A stretch of DNA of 64,000 bases from the NCBI GenBank assembly GCA_951406725.2, contig OX597819.1, forward strand, positions 73,904,001-73,968,000, read 5' to 3'. Positions 23,800-37,595 of the stretch are shown here, one piece after another. The notes beneath the pieces were generated by a model, which did not search any database, had not been told where the DNA came from, and worked only from the letters and a program-made list of their open reading frames with translations. The position numbers and the translations under genes were made by a program. The stretch is from Octopus vulgaris. Its lineage: Eukaryota. Position 1 is the first letter of the stretch. Every line of letters starts with the position of its first letter.

Positions 23800-25345
23800 A
23801 CATTTAGACCAGTCTAAAACATTTGATAAGGTCAACCATCGGTACTTGGCGGCAGTACTCGAGAGGGCTGGCCTGGGCCCGACCTTCTGCGGTTGGATTG
23901 CTGCTTTGTACAGCAACATCTAGTCTGTCGTCAAAGTGAATGGTTTCTTTTCTAAACCATTCAGGATCGAGTCAGTGCGTCACGGGTGTCCCCTGTCTCC
24001 GCTTTTGTATGTGTTGGCTTTTGAGACATTGCTGCGGAAGCTGGAGACACTAGGGGGCGTGCCGAATGATCTGTGGTATGCACCTGGAGGAGCAAGCCGA
24101 TGACATCTAATAACGTCGTGGGGCATTGGATGGAAGGTCCTATTAGTTGCTTGAGGTCTGGTTTGGCCCAGACCTCCAGATAGAGAAAAATTAGAAGGAG
24201 GTAACCAGTAAGGTGACTGCTCTAACCCTGACCTGGTCTGGGCGGGCGTTATCTTTGCTAGGGAAGGCGGAAGTGGTGCAGATGTTTATAGCATCAGTTA
24301 TCACCTACCGTCTGAGCGTGGTGCCTTGACTCAATATGTGGCTAAACAAGTTGGAGAGAATCCTTTTCCGATTTTTGTGGAAGGGAGGAAAGCCTCTTGT
24401 GAAGCGCTCTGTCTGCTGCCAGTAACCGCTAAAGGGTGGGCTAGGGATGCCTTGGCTGAAAACTCGCGTTAAGGTTGAGGCATCTCTGGCCTAATCTGGA
24501 AGGGGAGCAGGTGTAGTCACTGCACGCCCGGTTCTACCTTCCGCGGTTAACGTCCTTAACGGACATTGGTACATGAATCAAGCAGAGACTTAGGCTGAGA
24601 TTGGCAATTGGAGTGCCGTCAGGCACTTCAGCTACTCTCTCGGGCGGACAATGTTGGCAACGGGAGTTCCACCGCGGATTTTTATAGTGGGTTATATCCG
24701 AAGACGCCTTGGGGGGAGACCTTGGGCTACGATGAAAATCAGTTGATCAAACTGTTCAGGAGAACGTTCAGGCCAGGGTGTCTGGATAATTACCAGAAAT
24801 CCCTGGTTTGGCAGTGCTTCCGAGCAGCGTTAACTGTTCGAGATAAACTGTCAAGGCATGGAAGTACTGTCTCGCCGACATGTCTGAGATGCAGGCAGGA
24901 CAGGGAAACCGTTTTGCACGTATTTGTGGAATGCCCGGAATTAACGGGACTGATAGTTTTCACAGAACAACTGTTGTTATCGATGGGAGAAGTACAGCTA
25001 TCGGCTGAGTCTATCATCGAGATTGTTCCGCCTCCCTCCCTTAACAGGGAAAGGAAGGCTTGTTTTTCCTGCGTAGTAGCCATACTGAAAGAAGCAGTAT
25101 GGAAGACACGAGTAAGAGGAATAGTGACAGGTACTTTTGTCTCCGGTCAGGGGTTGGTGAACATTTTTAATTACTACCTCATGAGTAAGATCAGACTGGA
25201 GAAGAGGTGCCTGTCATTGAACACGTTCGTGAAGAGATGGAAGCCTGTGGAACGCAAGCTGAGAGTGATTGGCACCAGGAAAGTGGGGTCAGTGGAAGAA
25301 AGCAATGGTTCTACCCAGGTGTCCGGAGGCCTTTCCTTTTGACGT
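23800..25345 (+). pseudogene. Tx1/L1-clade LINE ORF2 relic (RT plus C-terminal zinc knuckle)
   Basis: LDQSKTFDKVNH..VRHGCPLSPLLY; CLRC..ETVLHVFVEC in ORF 24608-25342. Multiple stops and frameshifts. Confidence 0.85.
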
Positions 25346-26009
25346 CATTCATTGCAAATCGCAATGACAAATATATTTTATTATATTTTAAATGTTGATC
25401 ATTGTAAATTTTCATTCGAACTGTAATTTTTAATTTTGTCTGTCCTTGTTCGTCCCATCTTATGGCAAATGTTATGAAATAAAGAACCCACATGGTTCCG
25501 GGTTCAGTCCCACTGCGTGGAACCTTGGACAAATGTTTTCTACTATAGCCTCGGGCTGACCAAAACCTTGTAAGTGGATTTGGTAGACGGAAACTGAAAG
25601 AAGCCTGTCGAATATATTTATATACGTATATGTTTCTGTATTTGTTCCCCCACCATCGCTTGACAACCGATGCTGGTGTGTTTACGTTCCTGTAACTTAG
25701 CGGTTCGGCAAAAGAGACCGATAGAATAAGTACTAAGCTATATAAAGAATAAGTCCTGAGGTTTATTTGTTCGACAAAAAGGTGGTGCTCCAGAAAGGCC
25801 GCAGTCAAATGTCTGAAACAAGCAAATGGATGCATTTCCCAATAACATTTAATACGGCAGGAATTTTTAAAAACATGGAATGGCTATGAAAAGCTACCCG
25901 AGTAAAATAGGAATTCATGGTGAAGAAGTCCATGGGGAAAGAACGGTCGAGAATCACGGATCTACAGAAAGAAAAAAAAATGCAATTTCATGATGAAATA
26001 GAAAGATAT

Positions 26010-26805
26010 TTATTTCTTTATTGCCCTCAAGGGAGCTAAACATAGAGGGGACAAAAAAGGACAGACAAAGGGATCAAGTCGATTACATCAATCCTAGTGC
26101 ATAACTAGTATTTACTTAATCGACCCCCAAAAAGAATGAAAGCCAAAGTCAACCTCGGCAGAATTTGAACTCAGAACGTGGCGGCAGATGAAATATCTAT
26201 TTCGTTAGTACCCACAAGGGGTTAAACACAGAGAGGACAAATAAGGACAGACAAACGGATTAAGTCGATTATATCGACCCCAGTGCGTAATTGGTACTTA
26301 TTTAAGCGACCCCGAAAGGATGAAAGGCAAAGTCGACCTCGGCAGAATTTGAACTCAGAACGTAGCGGCAGACGAAATGCCTATTTCTTTATTGCCCACA
26401 AGGGGTTAAACATAGAGGGGACAAACAAGGACAGACAATCGGATTAAGGTGATTATATCGACCCCAGTGCGTAACTGGTACTTGTTTAATCGACCCCGAA
26501 GGGATAAAAGGTAGAGTCGACCTCGGTGGAATTTGAACTCACAACGTAACGACAGACGAAGTACCTATTTCTATTTCTTTACTACCCACAAGGGGCTAAA
26601 CACAGAGAGGACAAACAAGGACAGACAAACGGACAAAGTCGATTACATCGATCGCAGTGCGTAACTGGTACTTAATTTATCGACCCCGAAAGGATGAAAG
26701 GCAAAGTCGACCTCGGCGGAATTTGAACTCACAACGTAACGACAGACGAAGTACCGCTAAACATTTCGCCCGGCGTGCTAACGTTTATGCCAGCCCACCC
26801 CCGCT
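26010..26805 (-). repeat. Tandem array of four SINE family B units (about 186-190 bp period)
   Basis: Units begin near 26013, 26199, 26384 and 26574. Only the last carries the full tRNA head. Confidence 0.9.
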
Positions 26806-27068
26806 TTAAAATAGAAAATATTAATACAATGAAATGGAATAAGAAGAAAATATAAAAGGATGGCTAATTGTTGAAACGTTATTGATAAAATTATTGATAA
26901 TCACAGATGCAGATTAATGGACTCGGCTCCCCAATTATTCGAAGATTAAAGATTTAGCTGAGTTAATCCTCTCCAGCTAAAGTTATCAGTAATATTGGCG
27001 CACGTGCACATGTGAATGAGTGATATGTGTTCATGAATGTATAGAAATATGGAAGTGTGTGTGAGTGA

Positions 27069-27110
<42 letters not shown>

Positions 27111-27313
27111 GTGAGTGTGTGCGTGTAAGTATGTGTATATGTGTGGTATGTGTGTGTGTGAGAGAGACAGTGCGCATGTGTAATTATGTGTGTGAGAGTG
27201 CGTGTGTGTGTTTGAGTGTGTGCGTGTGTGTGTGTGAGTGTATGATGTGAGAGTGTGTGTGTGAGTGTATGATGTGACAGTGTGTGTGTGTCAGAGTGAA
27301 TGTGTGTATACAC

Positions 27314-27406
<93 letters not shown>

Positions 27407-28911
27407 AACTGGGGTTTGACAAAATAATGAAAGCACTTTGTCAAATGGACATTTCATTAGTCTATCCGTAGTCGGTTCATCTTTGGCAACGTCGTGGAAT
27501 TGACTCGCTCAGGTTCTGAACGGTTGCGTGATTAAAAAAGAGAAATCCCTTGCGTTAGGAGAGTCGGATGTGCGTATAATCGGTGAAAGGATGCCTGAGA
27601 CTTGGTGGGTGGGGTGGGGGTGGGGGAGAGGCAGGGGAGCAGGGGAGCAGGGAAGAAGATATTCTCAAACCGGAAACCTGTCTCGAGCGTTTTCAATAGA
27701 ATGAACTTCTCGAGTGGCACCTAGGGTGCCAAGGATGGGTATTAAACCGATCAACGTGGTATGTCTCACTCAAAAAGACCCGAGTGAGATTTGAACTCAG
27801 AATCTAATGAGCTGGAACAAATACTGCAACATATCCAATTCTTACAGTTCCACCCCATCGCCCTTGGAATAATACTTTTTTATCGGCCCCGAAAAGACGA
27901 AAAACAAAATTAACTTCAGCACGATTTGAACTCAGAATTTATGGAGTCAGGACAAATGCTATGAGACATTTTGTCTGATGCACTGACGGTTGCCGATTCT
28001 CCGCTTTTGAGAGAGATTTAGTTGTCATTTCTAGCAGGTTGAGCGCCTTACTAGAAACGAGAATGCCAAGCATGTCGTTTCCAAATTTCTGGCTGAGTAA
28101 ATAGCGTCATAGTGCTGTTTTTCTCACAGACAGTACCCAACCGACCCTACAATACTGTGTAGTCGACAAAATAAAAAAGAACCATGCATATGCACGAAAT
28201 TAAAAATATATAAAATGGCGACAATTTACCCATCGCACTCTGTATAATAAAATATAAAAGATGGCTAAAACGAAAAGATACCAATATAGAATTGTTACCC
28301 TTATTAAAATAATTACATACATATATTTTCCTTGGAGGCAAAAGTTAGTATTTGAACCCAGAACTAAAGGAGCGGTAATAAATACCGCTAAAGTATTTCA
28401 TGTTGATCCTAACGCTTTGTCGTTCGAAAAAGAAGTGTACAGCGATTCACACAGTGGCAGGTATATTAAATGGGAGGTAAATCTTCAACAACATTTTCAA
28501 AATTATGTCCCTTGTAAGATTATCAGAAATCTCGACATATCCTGTACATGTTTCAGGTATTCGACTACGGCCAAGCTGGAGCACCTCCTTAAAGAGTTTT
28601 AGTCGAACAAATTAGCCCCAGTACTTCTTTTTTGACTCTGTTACCTATGTTGTCGGTCTTTTATTGCCGAACTGCTAAGTTACGGGGACGTAAACAAAGT
28701 AACACTAATTATCGAGCGTAAGTGAATGACAAATCCAAAGTCACACACACACGATGGGCTTCTTTCAGTTTCCCTCTATCAAATCCACCCACAAGGTTTG
28801 GTCGGCCCGAAGCTATTTCAGAAGACACTTGCCCAAGGTGCCCCGCAGTGGGACTGAACTCGGAAACATGTGGTTAGGAAGCAAGCTTTATACCACACAG
28901 CCACTCCTGTG

Positions 28912-29015
<104 letters not shown>

Positions 29016-29716
29016 ACACACACACATATATATACGTATATATATATATACGTATATATATATACGTATATGTAATTTTATTTTGCGAACGTTCGTTACG
29101 CAGTCAGACTTTTTTCTTTCTTCCTTTTTTCCGTTATAGAGTCCTGTAACTTTACGCCCCTCTCCCCTTCTCTTACTCACGTCTTTAGATTTTCTGTTGC
29201 TTATAAGATCATCACCTTTTCTTTTCTTCCCCCTCTTTGCGTCTTCTAGTCTATATGTATACACCAAGTGAATTTTGCATGCGAGCAAGATTGCGTATAC
29301 ATATGTGTACATGTATTTGCGTGTATATTTTTCGTTTTGCATTTATGTTTGTATATGTATGTGAACTGTGCACATCTATCTGTGTATTTTGATGTATATA
29401 TGTATATCGCTGGTTTAGTATGAGTATGTACTGTTGTGAAATATTTTAATGTTTTAATTTTAATTTTAATGTATTAATTGTATTAATCGAATTATATTTT
29501 CTATATAATTAATGACTATGTATTTGAATCAACTCTTCGATTTAAGGTTTTTCCTTGATTTTTATAATTTATATTGAACTCATTTATTTCGTTTATTTTG
29601 TTTATCGCTTGCCTAAGACCGTTATTTGAAAGGGCCAATGAAACAAATCCATTTTTAAAGGTGTATCATTTAGCTAGTTTTGATCAAATTGTTATTTCGG
29701 TTCTATTTTAACATAA

Positions 29717-29754
29717 CTGTCCGACGAACAAGAACGTGAAACTCCGAGTAACAG
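29717..29754 (+). ncRNA. Minimal type I HHR, variant core (CCGACGA)
   Basis: CUGU-CCGACGA-AC/GU-GAAAC UCCGA GUA-ACAG. Confidence 0.7.
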
Positions 29755-30229
29755 CTTTTGTTATATTTCTGCTGCTTATGACGAGCTTCTTTCAGTTTCC
29801 GTCTATCAAATCCACTCCCAAGGCTTTGGTCGGCACGAGGCTATAGCAGATGGCACTTGTTCAAGGTGCCACGCATTGAGACTGAACCCGGAACCGTGCG
29901 GCTGGAAGTTCAAATATGAAATATTTTTTCGATCAACATTTGTTTGAAGTTTTGGCACAAGGCCAGCGATTTTAGGGGGTGGGTGGGGTAGTCGATTCCC
30001 TGTGCCCCAGGGCTCGATGGTTGGCATTTGAACTCAGAACGGAAAGAGTCGGACGAAATGCCGCTAAGTGCGCTAACGATGGCACCAGTTCGCCGCCTTT
30101 CTCCAGGCAATATCAACAATAAATGTGGAGTGATTGGTAAGTTGTTGCCAAGTTAGAAATATCAGTTTAGTTTTGATTCTTGTATTTGCTTTACGCCTCG
30201 TTACTAATGAAATGCACAAATGATTTAAA

Positions 30230-30400
30230 ATGGTTCTGACGAGATATGTTGCTGCTACCGATGGGGTAGCCATGGCTGAACTCACAGTGCCTCGAGAGGA
30301 CAGACTTGACATTTCTCACGAACTGAAGAAAGCTATCAAGGACATAGAAGCTGAAACCAGTTCAAGATGGCTGTGGTTGGTTAGAGACTATACATAGAAG
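30230..30400 (+). pseudogene. HERO/NeSL-type RLE LINE C-terminal fragment with internal deletion
   Basis: MAELTVPREDRLDISHELKK..AIKDIEAETSSRWLWLVR resembles the ELTVP-E...SRWLW motifs of that group. Confidence 0.5.
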
Positions 30401-30858
30401 TCTTCTGTAATCAACGATTAATTCAATCTTCACTGCGTCAGTCAAGTGAAGGGCGCAGGCTTAGGGACGAAACCCTTCTGAGCTGGAGATATCTGGTGAA
30501 GTATTGCAATAGATTTAGTCACAATCAAGAGAAGAGTTTGCAGTCTTTCTAAGTCGCTCTTACAGTTTCTGTGTTGCGCAAAGAATCTTTGATATTTATT
30601 TCACTTAAAAATATTCCGAAAAGCCACAGATCGATATTCAATGAAATGGGTTTGTTTATGATATTAATAATGTTGTTTAATTGCTAGTCAGTCGTCACTA
30701 GACAAAACCTGTGAGCAAGTACGTCTCCGTTGAGACTATCACTTCTTTTATAACAAATCCACGTCCGCCATATCTAATGTGCTCTTTTTTTTAAAGATGG
30801 TAGGATGTGATTAGGAGATTCAACTGTTACTTCTAGAAGATCGAATGACCACGAAGAG

Positions 30859-31917
30859 CAGTGTTTCTCAACCATTCCCCCTCCCCATGGAGCCCCTTTG
30901 ATTCCTATTTTGCTCCTATTTTTACGTTTTTATAATTAATCGTTAAGAGGAATTGTTTTGAATACGTTGGCTCCCGAGCCTCATTTCACATTTTATCCCA
31001 GGGTCCCAATACGATATTAATTGTGACATGAGCGGCGTAATATTTTTACACTATACCATACGTGAGGCAAGGGTCACACAGGTAGTGTTAGATACTCACG
31101 TCCCACCGCAGGGTCGTGTGGTACCTTACTTCATATCACAGCCTAGATACCACACGACCTGCCCGTGGTCAATTAAAAATTTGGGGTATTTTCTAAAGGA
31201 AGCTCTCAAATCTTTTTCAAAAAGAACTATTTTGGTTTCCATGGCAAGTAAAATATTTTTCATTCCCTTCTGTTTCTATAGGAAAAATTTATCGATTTTT
31301 TCAAAAAAGAACTATTTTTATGGAAGCTGTTTATAAGCCATTAAAAAAAACCCACAAAAACCGTTAGATTCACTTCAACATTTAAATTTAATTTGCCCAA
31401 ATATTTTCGTCGCTTTGAGACCGCGACCTGTTCACTGACCACGCTGCAATTGTTTTTGTTTCAGCACACGATCTCAGATCGGGTCACATGCTATGCAAGT
31501 ACATCTCTGTAACCATTTTTGTTTCAATAGCAAATATAATTTTCTCAATACTCAATCTTTTATTTTACCTCATTACATGGTGAAATCAGAAGAAAATCGA
31601 AAAGAAAATATAAGAAATCTATAAAAAAATTGTTCTCTTAGTGTAGCAAAAGCACAAATCACAGCAATCAGAGCATTCCAGCTCTCAGAAAGCCTTTAGG
31701 AAAGAAATTAAGAAACGACCCGCTGTTGGGTCGGGCGGGACTCGTAAACATACCACTACGATTCACCGGCAGGACGTGTGGGAGCCATTGTGTTAAAATA
31801 TTACTAAAACATTTTGTGCACTGGAGAATTATAAGCAATATATTGCGCATAAATTTTAATGTAAAACCTTATATGGATCCCGAAAGTGTCGAATGGGGCC
31901 CCGGATGAGAACCACTG
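30859..31917. mobile_element. hAT-like MITE containing a nested insertion
   Basis: TIRs cagtgtttctcaacc / ggatgagaaccactg. Related to 46217-46587. Confidence 0.6.
30963..31792. mobile_element. Putative piggyBac-like non-autonomous element
   Basis: Imperfect TIRs tacgttggctccc / gggagccattgtg, flanked by TGAA and TTAA. Internal hairpin gcagggtcgtgtggta/taccacacgacctgc. Confidence 0.4.
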
Positions 31918-32694
31918 GCCCCTTTGTTTAATTGTTTATGTGATGGTGTATGACGAATGGGTCGGGTGAAGGTCGATTCCTAGGCCGTATGCTGTGTTGT
32001 ACTCTTCAGCAAGACGCTTCGTTTCACTTTGTTTTTCAACAATAGCCGTGCCAATGGATCGGCGTCTCTTTCAGGGTGGGCACGGTGTTTCCACCTCAGT
32101 TATACGTCATGAGTGAAGGTGCATGGCTATGTGGTTAGGGTATTCGACTCACGATTGTAAGGTGGTGAGTTCGATACTCGGCGACGAGTTGTGTCCTTGA
32201 GCAAGACACTTTATTACACATTGCTTCAGTTCACTCAACTGGCAAAAAATAAGTTGTACCCGTAGTTCACAAGGGGCCAACCTTCTCACATTCTGAATCT
32301 CCCTGAGAACTCCGTTAACGGTGCCTGTGTCTGCGGAGTGCTCAGCCACTTGTACGTTAAGTTCACGAGCAGGCTGTTCCGTTGATTGGATCAACTGGAA
32401 CACTCTACATCGTAACCGACGGAGTACCAGTTATACACCACGGGAACTGAGTCAAGTTCTGGTTTTATTAGTTCTGGGGGTTATGACAGAGCTACAGTAT
32501 TGTTTTATTCTTTTACTCTTCTCCTTGTTTCAGTCATTTGACTGTGGCCATGCTGGAGTACCGCCTTTAGTCGAACAAAACGACCCCAGTACTTATTCTT
32601 TGTAAGCCTAGTATTTATTCTATCGGGTCCTAAGTTACGGGGACGTAAACGCACCAACATCGGTTGTCAAGCGATGACTGGGGGACAAACACAC

Positions 32695-32752
<58 letters not shown>

Positions 32753-33385
32753 TTGTATGTAGTGGATCATGCAGGCACTTAACAGTTCAACGGCACCTTT
32801 CTCACGGTAAAACGTAGTTTTTCTGTGAGCGACACCAGTTAGATTTACCGGTTGCCTTTGCTAAGCCGGAATAATATATTCGCGACTTGACCCTTCTAAC
32901 CTCTTCTAGGCCACTAGGGGCTGGAATGGAGCTAATAGACACCCCTCCCCCCCAACGAAATCTATTGTTCTCAACAATATGTCTAACAAGAACTCCGTAA
33001 GCCAAAGCTAGTGAGAACCTAGTTGGCAAAAAGGAGATGACGAAGAGGCGACCACAGGCAGAATCCAGTTAATGAGAGAAAGCTTACCAGTGTGAATGTC
33101 AACTATGATACAGTGTCTTATCACAACATCACTGCTGTTCAAATGTCAGGCACCATGAAAGTATCATTTTATCAATTCCTTACATTTAACATTTCTCTCT
33201 ATTTTCCTCTAATTCCTAGTTGGGTGGCTAGCAGTAAACCAAACATAACCAGCAACAACATACAAGAAAAGATAACTATTGTTTTGCCGCGAGAAAAGTG
33301 CTGTTGAACTTGTTAAGTGAAATTTGGCGATCGAGGATCGAATTCACGCTATGCCTGCATGATCCACTACAAACACACATACACA

Positions 33386-33426
<41 letters not shown>

Positions 33427-34534
33427 GACGAGCTTCTTTCAGTTTCCGTTTACCAAACCCACTCACAGGGCTTTGGTCGGCCCGAGCCTATAGTAGAAGA
33501 CATTTGACCAAAGTGCTACGCTGAGGGACTGAACCCGGAACCATGCGGTTGGGAAGCAAGCTTCTTACCGCTTGGCGGCGTCCTTCCAGCACTTTACGTC
33601 CTGAGTTCAAATTCCGCCGGGCTCAGCTTTGTCTCTCATCCTTTTAGGGGTCAAAAAAGGAAGGTGATGTCATAGCCTACAACCTAATTTCTCTTCTCAA
33701 AATAAGTAGACTTGTGCCAATATTACATTTTAGACGAACAGCAGACGTATTTTCCATAAACTCATCAAACTCCGTTTGGTATTGTTTTTTCATCTGATAA
33801 GAGATTTCACACTTGACGAAAAAAAAAAAAAAAATGAAAAAAAAAAGAAAAAAGGTTTTGTATTTGCTCTGCGAGATTCTTGATTTAAAGTTGTTTGTTG
33901 AAACAGGTTTTGTTATATCTTGTGATGTCTCATTGTGCCAGGAAATACCTCCAAAATTCCAACTACACCACCAAAATAAAACAAACAAACAAACAAACAA
34001 AAACAACCCCGAAACAAAACAAATAGGATCATTATTTCCAGTTTTTGTGATCTACATTTTGGAAAATATATGAACGTCATAAATTCCATTCTTCCTCTCC
34101 TTTGAGACGAACAACGATGCTTTTAACTCTTAATTGCTGTTTTTGTTTAGCTCTAAGTAAGTTACGACCAAGCAAACTTATTAATAGAATTCCAGCGTTG
34201 ACCTTCTCTCTTCTACATACATACATACATACATACATACATACATACATACATACATACATACATACATACATACATACATACATACACGCACAATACG
34301 CATATATATATATACTTTTATTTGTTTTAGTCATTTGACTGCGGCCATGCTGGAGCGCCGCCTCTAGTCGAACAAATCGACCCCCAGGACATATTCTTTG
34401 TAAGACTAGTACTTAATCTATCGATAGCTTATGCTGAACTGCTAAGTTACGGGGACGTAAACACACCAAGTGATGGTGGGGTGACAAACACAGACACAGA
34501 CACACACACACCACACACACATACACACACACAT

Positions 34535-34584
<50 letters not shown>

Positions 34585-34639
34585 ACATGGAGATTGGGAA
34601 GTTAATAATTGTTTATTATTAACAACAAATTAGTCATCA

Positions 34640-34734
34640 TTCCCTTACAGCTGTTTCAATTAATACTCAGTAACTTTTAAGTAAATATTAAATTTATACT
34701 TCTATGACCTGAGCATAATATCTTCAGAGAGGAA
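34640..34734 (-). ncRNA. Type I hammerhead ribozyme, intact core, in PLE 3' UTR
   Basis: UUCCUCU-CUGAAGA-[AUUAUGCUCAG/CUGAGUAUUAAU]-U-GAAAC AGCU GUA-AGGGAA. Confidence 0.8.
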
Positions 34735-34939
34735 AACAACATACCCTTGGATGTTTTATATGTGTTTATGGATTCATTATAGCAGACTGAATGATATTGT
34801 TTATGATTTGTATTTTTATATGTTCGAGCGAGGAGTTTGCAGGTTGATTGGAAATAAGAGGTATTATACAAGAAAACTGAATTATAAAGAGAAAGAATAA
34901 GATGAAAGTAGTTAAGGTGGGGGTGGGCTGAAAGATTAT

Positions 34940-35294
34940 TTAAGATCAATAAAAAGGAATTTGACATATGTCTGCAAGAAAAAACTCTTTCATCTCTCGA
35001 ATTTACAAGAGAACCGTTCATTTTCATTATTTTATAACTTTCTTCTAGGCATAATTTGCAGATCTTGTTATTATGTCTATAAGAGGGAGCCGAAGAAAGT
35101 ATTTTCCAACAAATCGAGTAATCTATATTACTTCTTTTCAGTTGGCAAACCTTTTTGGATAGACCTGTGCTATTTTCTTTTCTAGGGTCATTAAAGTATG
35201 ATCTGTGATTATTTAATTTTAATTTGAAAGAATTTTGTGTACATCCGATGTAAGTAAATTTAGAGAGATTATGGGTAATAATTGCTACTTGGTA
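34940..35294 (-). pseudogene. Penelope-like element GIY-YIG endonuclease (Naiad-like)
   Basis: Stop-free frame: YQVAI..FTYIGCTQNSFKLKLNNHRSYF..TGLSKKVCQLK..YSICWKIL..Y..CKLCLEE..LVNSRDE..SCRH. It runs in frame into ORF 34677-35027. A frameshifted CNCR..CC motif lies near 35520-35555. Confidence 0.88.
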
Positions 35295-35871
35295 TTATTT
35301 TGCCCTTATATATCTTTTTTATTATCTTTTCCCCCTTTTTTCTTCTTTCTTATTCGTAACCTATTCCATTTGTATGATATGTATATTAAAAAAACTACCT
35401 CTCTGAATTATCTCAATTTTTATTTATTAATTTTGTAATTTTTTTTGTGTTTCTTACAAATCTATTTATATTAACCAAAATTTTACAGATGATATACGCT
35501 TATACTTACAGTAATTCTAAGTGTACAACAATCACTTCTACAAATTGCACAGACTATCATAGATATAGTTTATTTATCATTTTGGTTATGCATGTAAATA
35601 GATTTATAGTATTTCCACACTTTTTTCTCCTTATTAGTATTAATATCATTTTAATTTTTCTATCATAATAATTATCATTACTTCTTCTAACGTCTTTTCA
35701 ACTTAATATTAACACCGTTTAATATAATTAATAGATTATACATTATATTTTATATTTCACTTATAAAACTTATAAACTTTATACATATACGTATGTCATA
35801 GATTATTCATGTTATTATACAAATGTATATGGATGTGCATATGTGTGTATACATCTGCATATGCGCACACA

Positions 35872-35928
<57 letters not shown>

Positions 35929-35935
<7 letters not shown>

Positions 35936-36350
35936 TTAGAGACAAAATCACTATTAGGCAAATCAAATAATGAAAAACTTAAGCCAATACATAAGATTAT
36001 TTCATTTATATTATTTAAATATATAACAAAATTAGTAAAAAAAATATAATTAATATCACACTACGATCGTTTCATGGCTGCTAACTTCTTCAAAAATTTG
36101 AACAAGTTAGCAGCCATGAAACGATCGTAGTGTGATATTAATTATCTTTTTTTAATAATTTTGTTATATATTTAAATAATATAAATGAAATAATCTTATG
36201 TATTGGCTTAAGTTTTTCATTGTTTGATTTGCCTAATAGTGGTTTTGTCTCTAATTTAATATAATATAATATTTTACTATAAAATTGGATTCAATCCTAA
36301 ATCTGATTTTTCCCTGTAAGTTTGGATTTATTCCTAATATTTATTATTAT
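35929..36350. repeat. Palindrome (centre about 36095, arms about 165 bp) plus a 90-bp single-copy extension, between (TA)n tracts
   Basis: Arms are reverse-complementary. Each carries the 3' half of an HHR (CAU-GAAAC GAUC GUA-GUG). Same family as 47841-48185. Confidence 0.92.
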
Positions 36351-36429
<79 letters not shown>

Positions 36430-36448
36430 ATTCGTTAGCTACTGCATA

Positions 36449-36486
36449 TCTTTCTGTTGAAGAGCGTAGGCTCGAAACGTTAAAGA
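36449..36486 (+). ncRNA. Minimal type I HHR, family B (core CUGUUGA)
   Basis: UCUUU-CUGUUGA-A-GAGC GUAG GCUC-GAAAC GUU-AAAGA. Confidence 0.72.
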
Positions 36487-36583
36487 CTTGTTTTATTTAT
36501 ATTTCCTGAGCGCCATACTAATACAATTGTTCGTTTGTTTTCCACCTGCCTTCGTCTTCTGTTTATTTTCATAAAGCTTCCCG

Positions 36584-36626
<43 letters not shown>

Positions 36627-36632
36627 TTATGT

Positions 36633-36665
<33 letters not shown>

Positions 36666-37376
36666 CAAACATATATGTACATATCCTTTTATCATATTTC
36701 GTAGTTTCTGTTCCTTTTGAATGCACCAGTATACAAAAAATGTATATACATATGTTTAAATAATATTCTTTTCTTATATTGGAGATTTATACATATGAAT
36801 TACTTCTCGTATCTTTATTATACTTATTTTTCTCGCACTTATCACTCCATAATAATAAAAACACTTTTTTATTACATCCACTTTCATCACTATGTTATAG
36901 AAGTTAGAAAATTATTTATACAAATATCACTACGGTCTTCTATCTCTTTTATCTATATGTAGATTCTCAATTCATATTGTATCTTTTTAAAAATATATAT
37001 CTAACATAGTTAAAATATAAAAACGTGTATTTCTTCAAAAAATCTTTCTTACGGCAGTGTTCCAGCATGGCCACAGTCACATGACTTTGCCATTTTAATC
37101 CCGAGCAAGGCCGGGTATCTCTGCTTGTACCTTATAAACCAACATTCCATTCTTTTATCAACTGCAAACCTCCCTTGTTTGTATTTAAATTTCCAGTATC
37201 ATCTCAATTCAATTTATTAATTTATTGTTCTAAGTCTATTTACCTGCGCTATCTTATTTCCAATCAGCATGCAAACTCCTCGCTCGAACATATAAAAATA
37301 CAAATCATAAACAATATCATTCAGTCTGCTATAATGAATCCATAAACACATATAAAACATCCAAGGGTATGTTGTT

Positions 37377-37471
37377 TTCCTCTCTAAAGATATTATGCTC
37401 AGGTCATAGAAGTATAAATTTAATATTTACTTGATAGTTACTGAATATTAATTGAAACAGCTGTAAGGGAA
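37377..37471 (+). ncRNA. HHR copy with mutated core (CUAAAGA)
   Basis: Inverted duplicate of 34640-34734 with a G5-to-A change. Confidence 0.75.
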
Positions 37472-37547
37472 TGATGACTAATTTGTTGTTAATAATAAAC
37501 AATTATTAACTTCCCAATCTCATGTTCTTTTTCCTCTTATATATATA

Positions 37548-37595
<48 letters not shown>

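Noticed and set aside
26010-26805. Regular repeat array resembling CRISPR
   Set aside because: Units are whole SINE bodies with no unique spacers, in a eukaryotic context with no cas genes.
30236-30246. CTGACGA hammerhead core
   Set aside because: No matching stems or GAAA; lies inside a LINE coding relic.
34740-35294. Selenocysteine recoding/SECIS, as reported for some Naiad PLEs
   Set aside because: Cys codons here are TGY, there is no in-frame TGA, and I could not fit a SECIS in the UTR.
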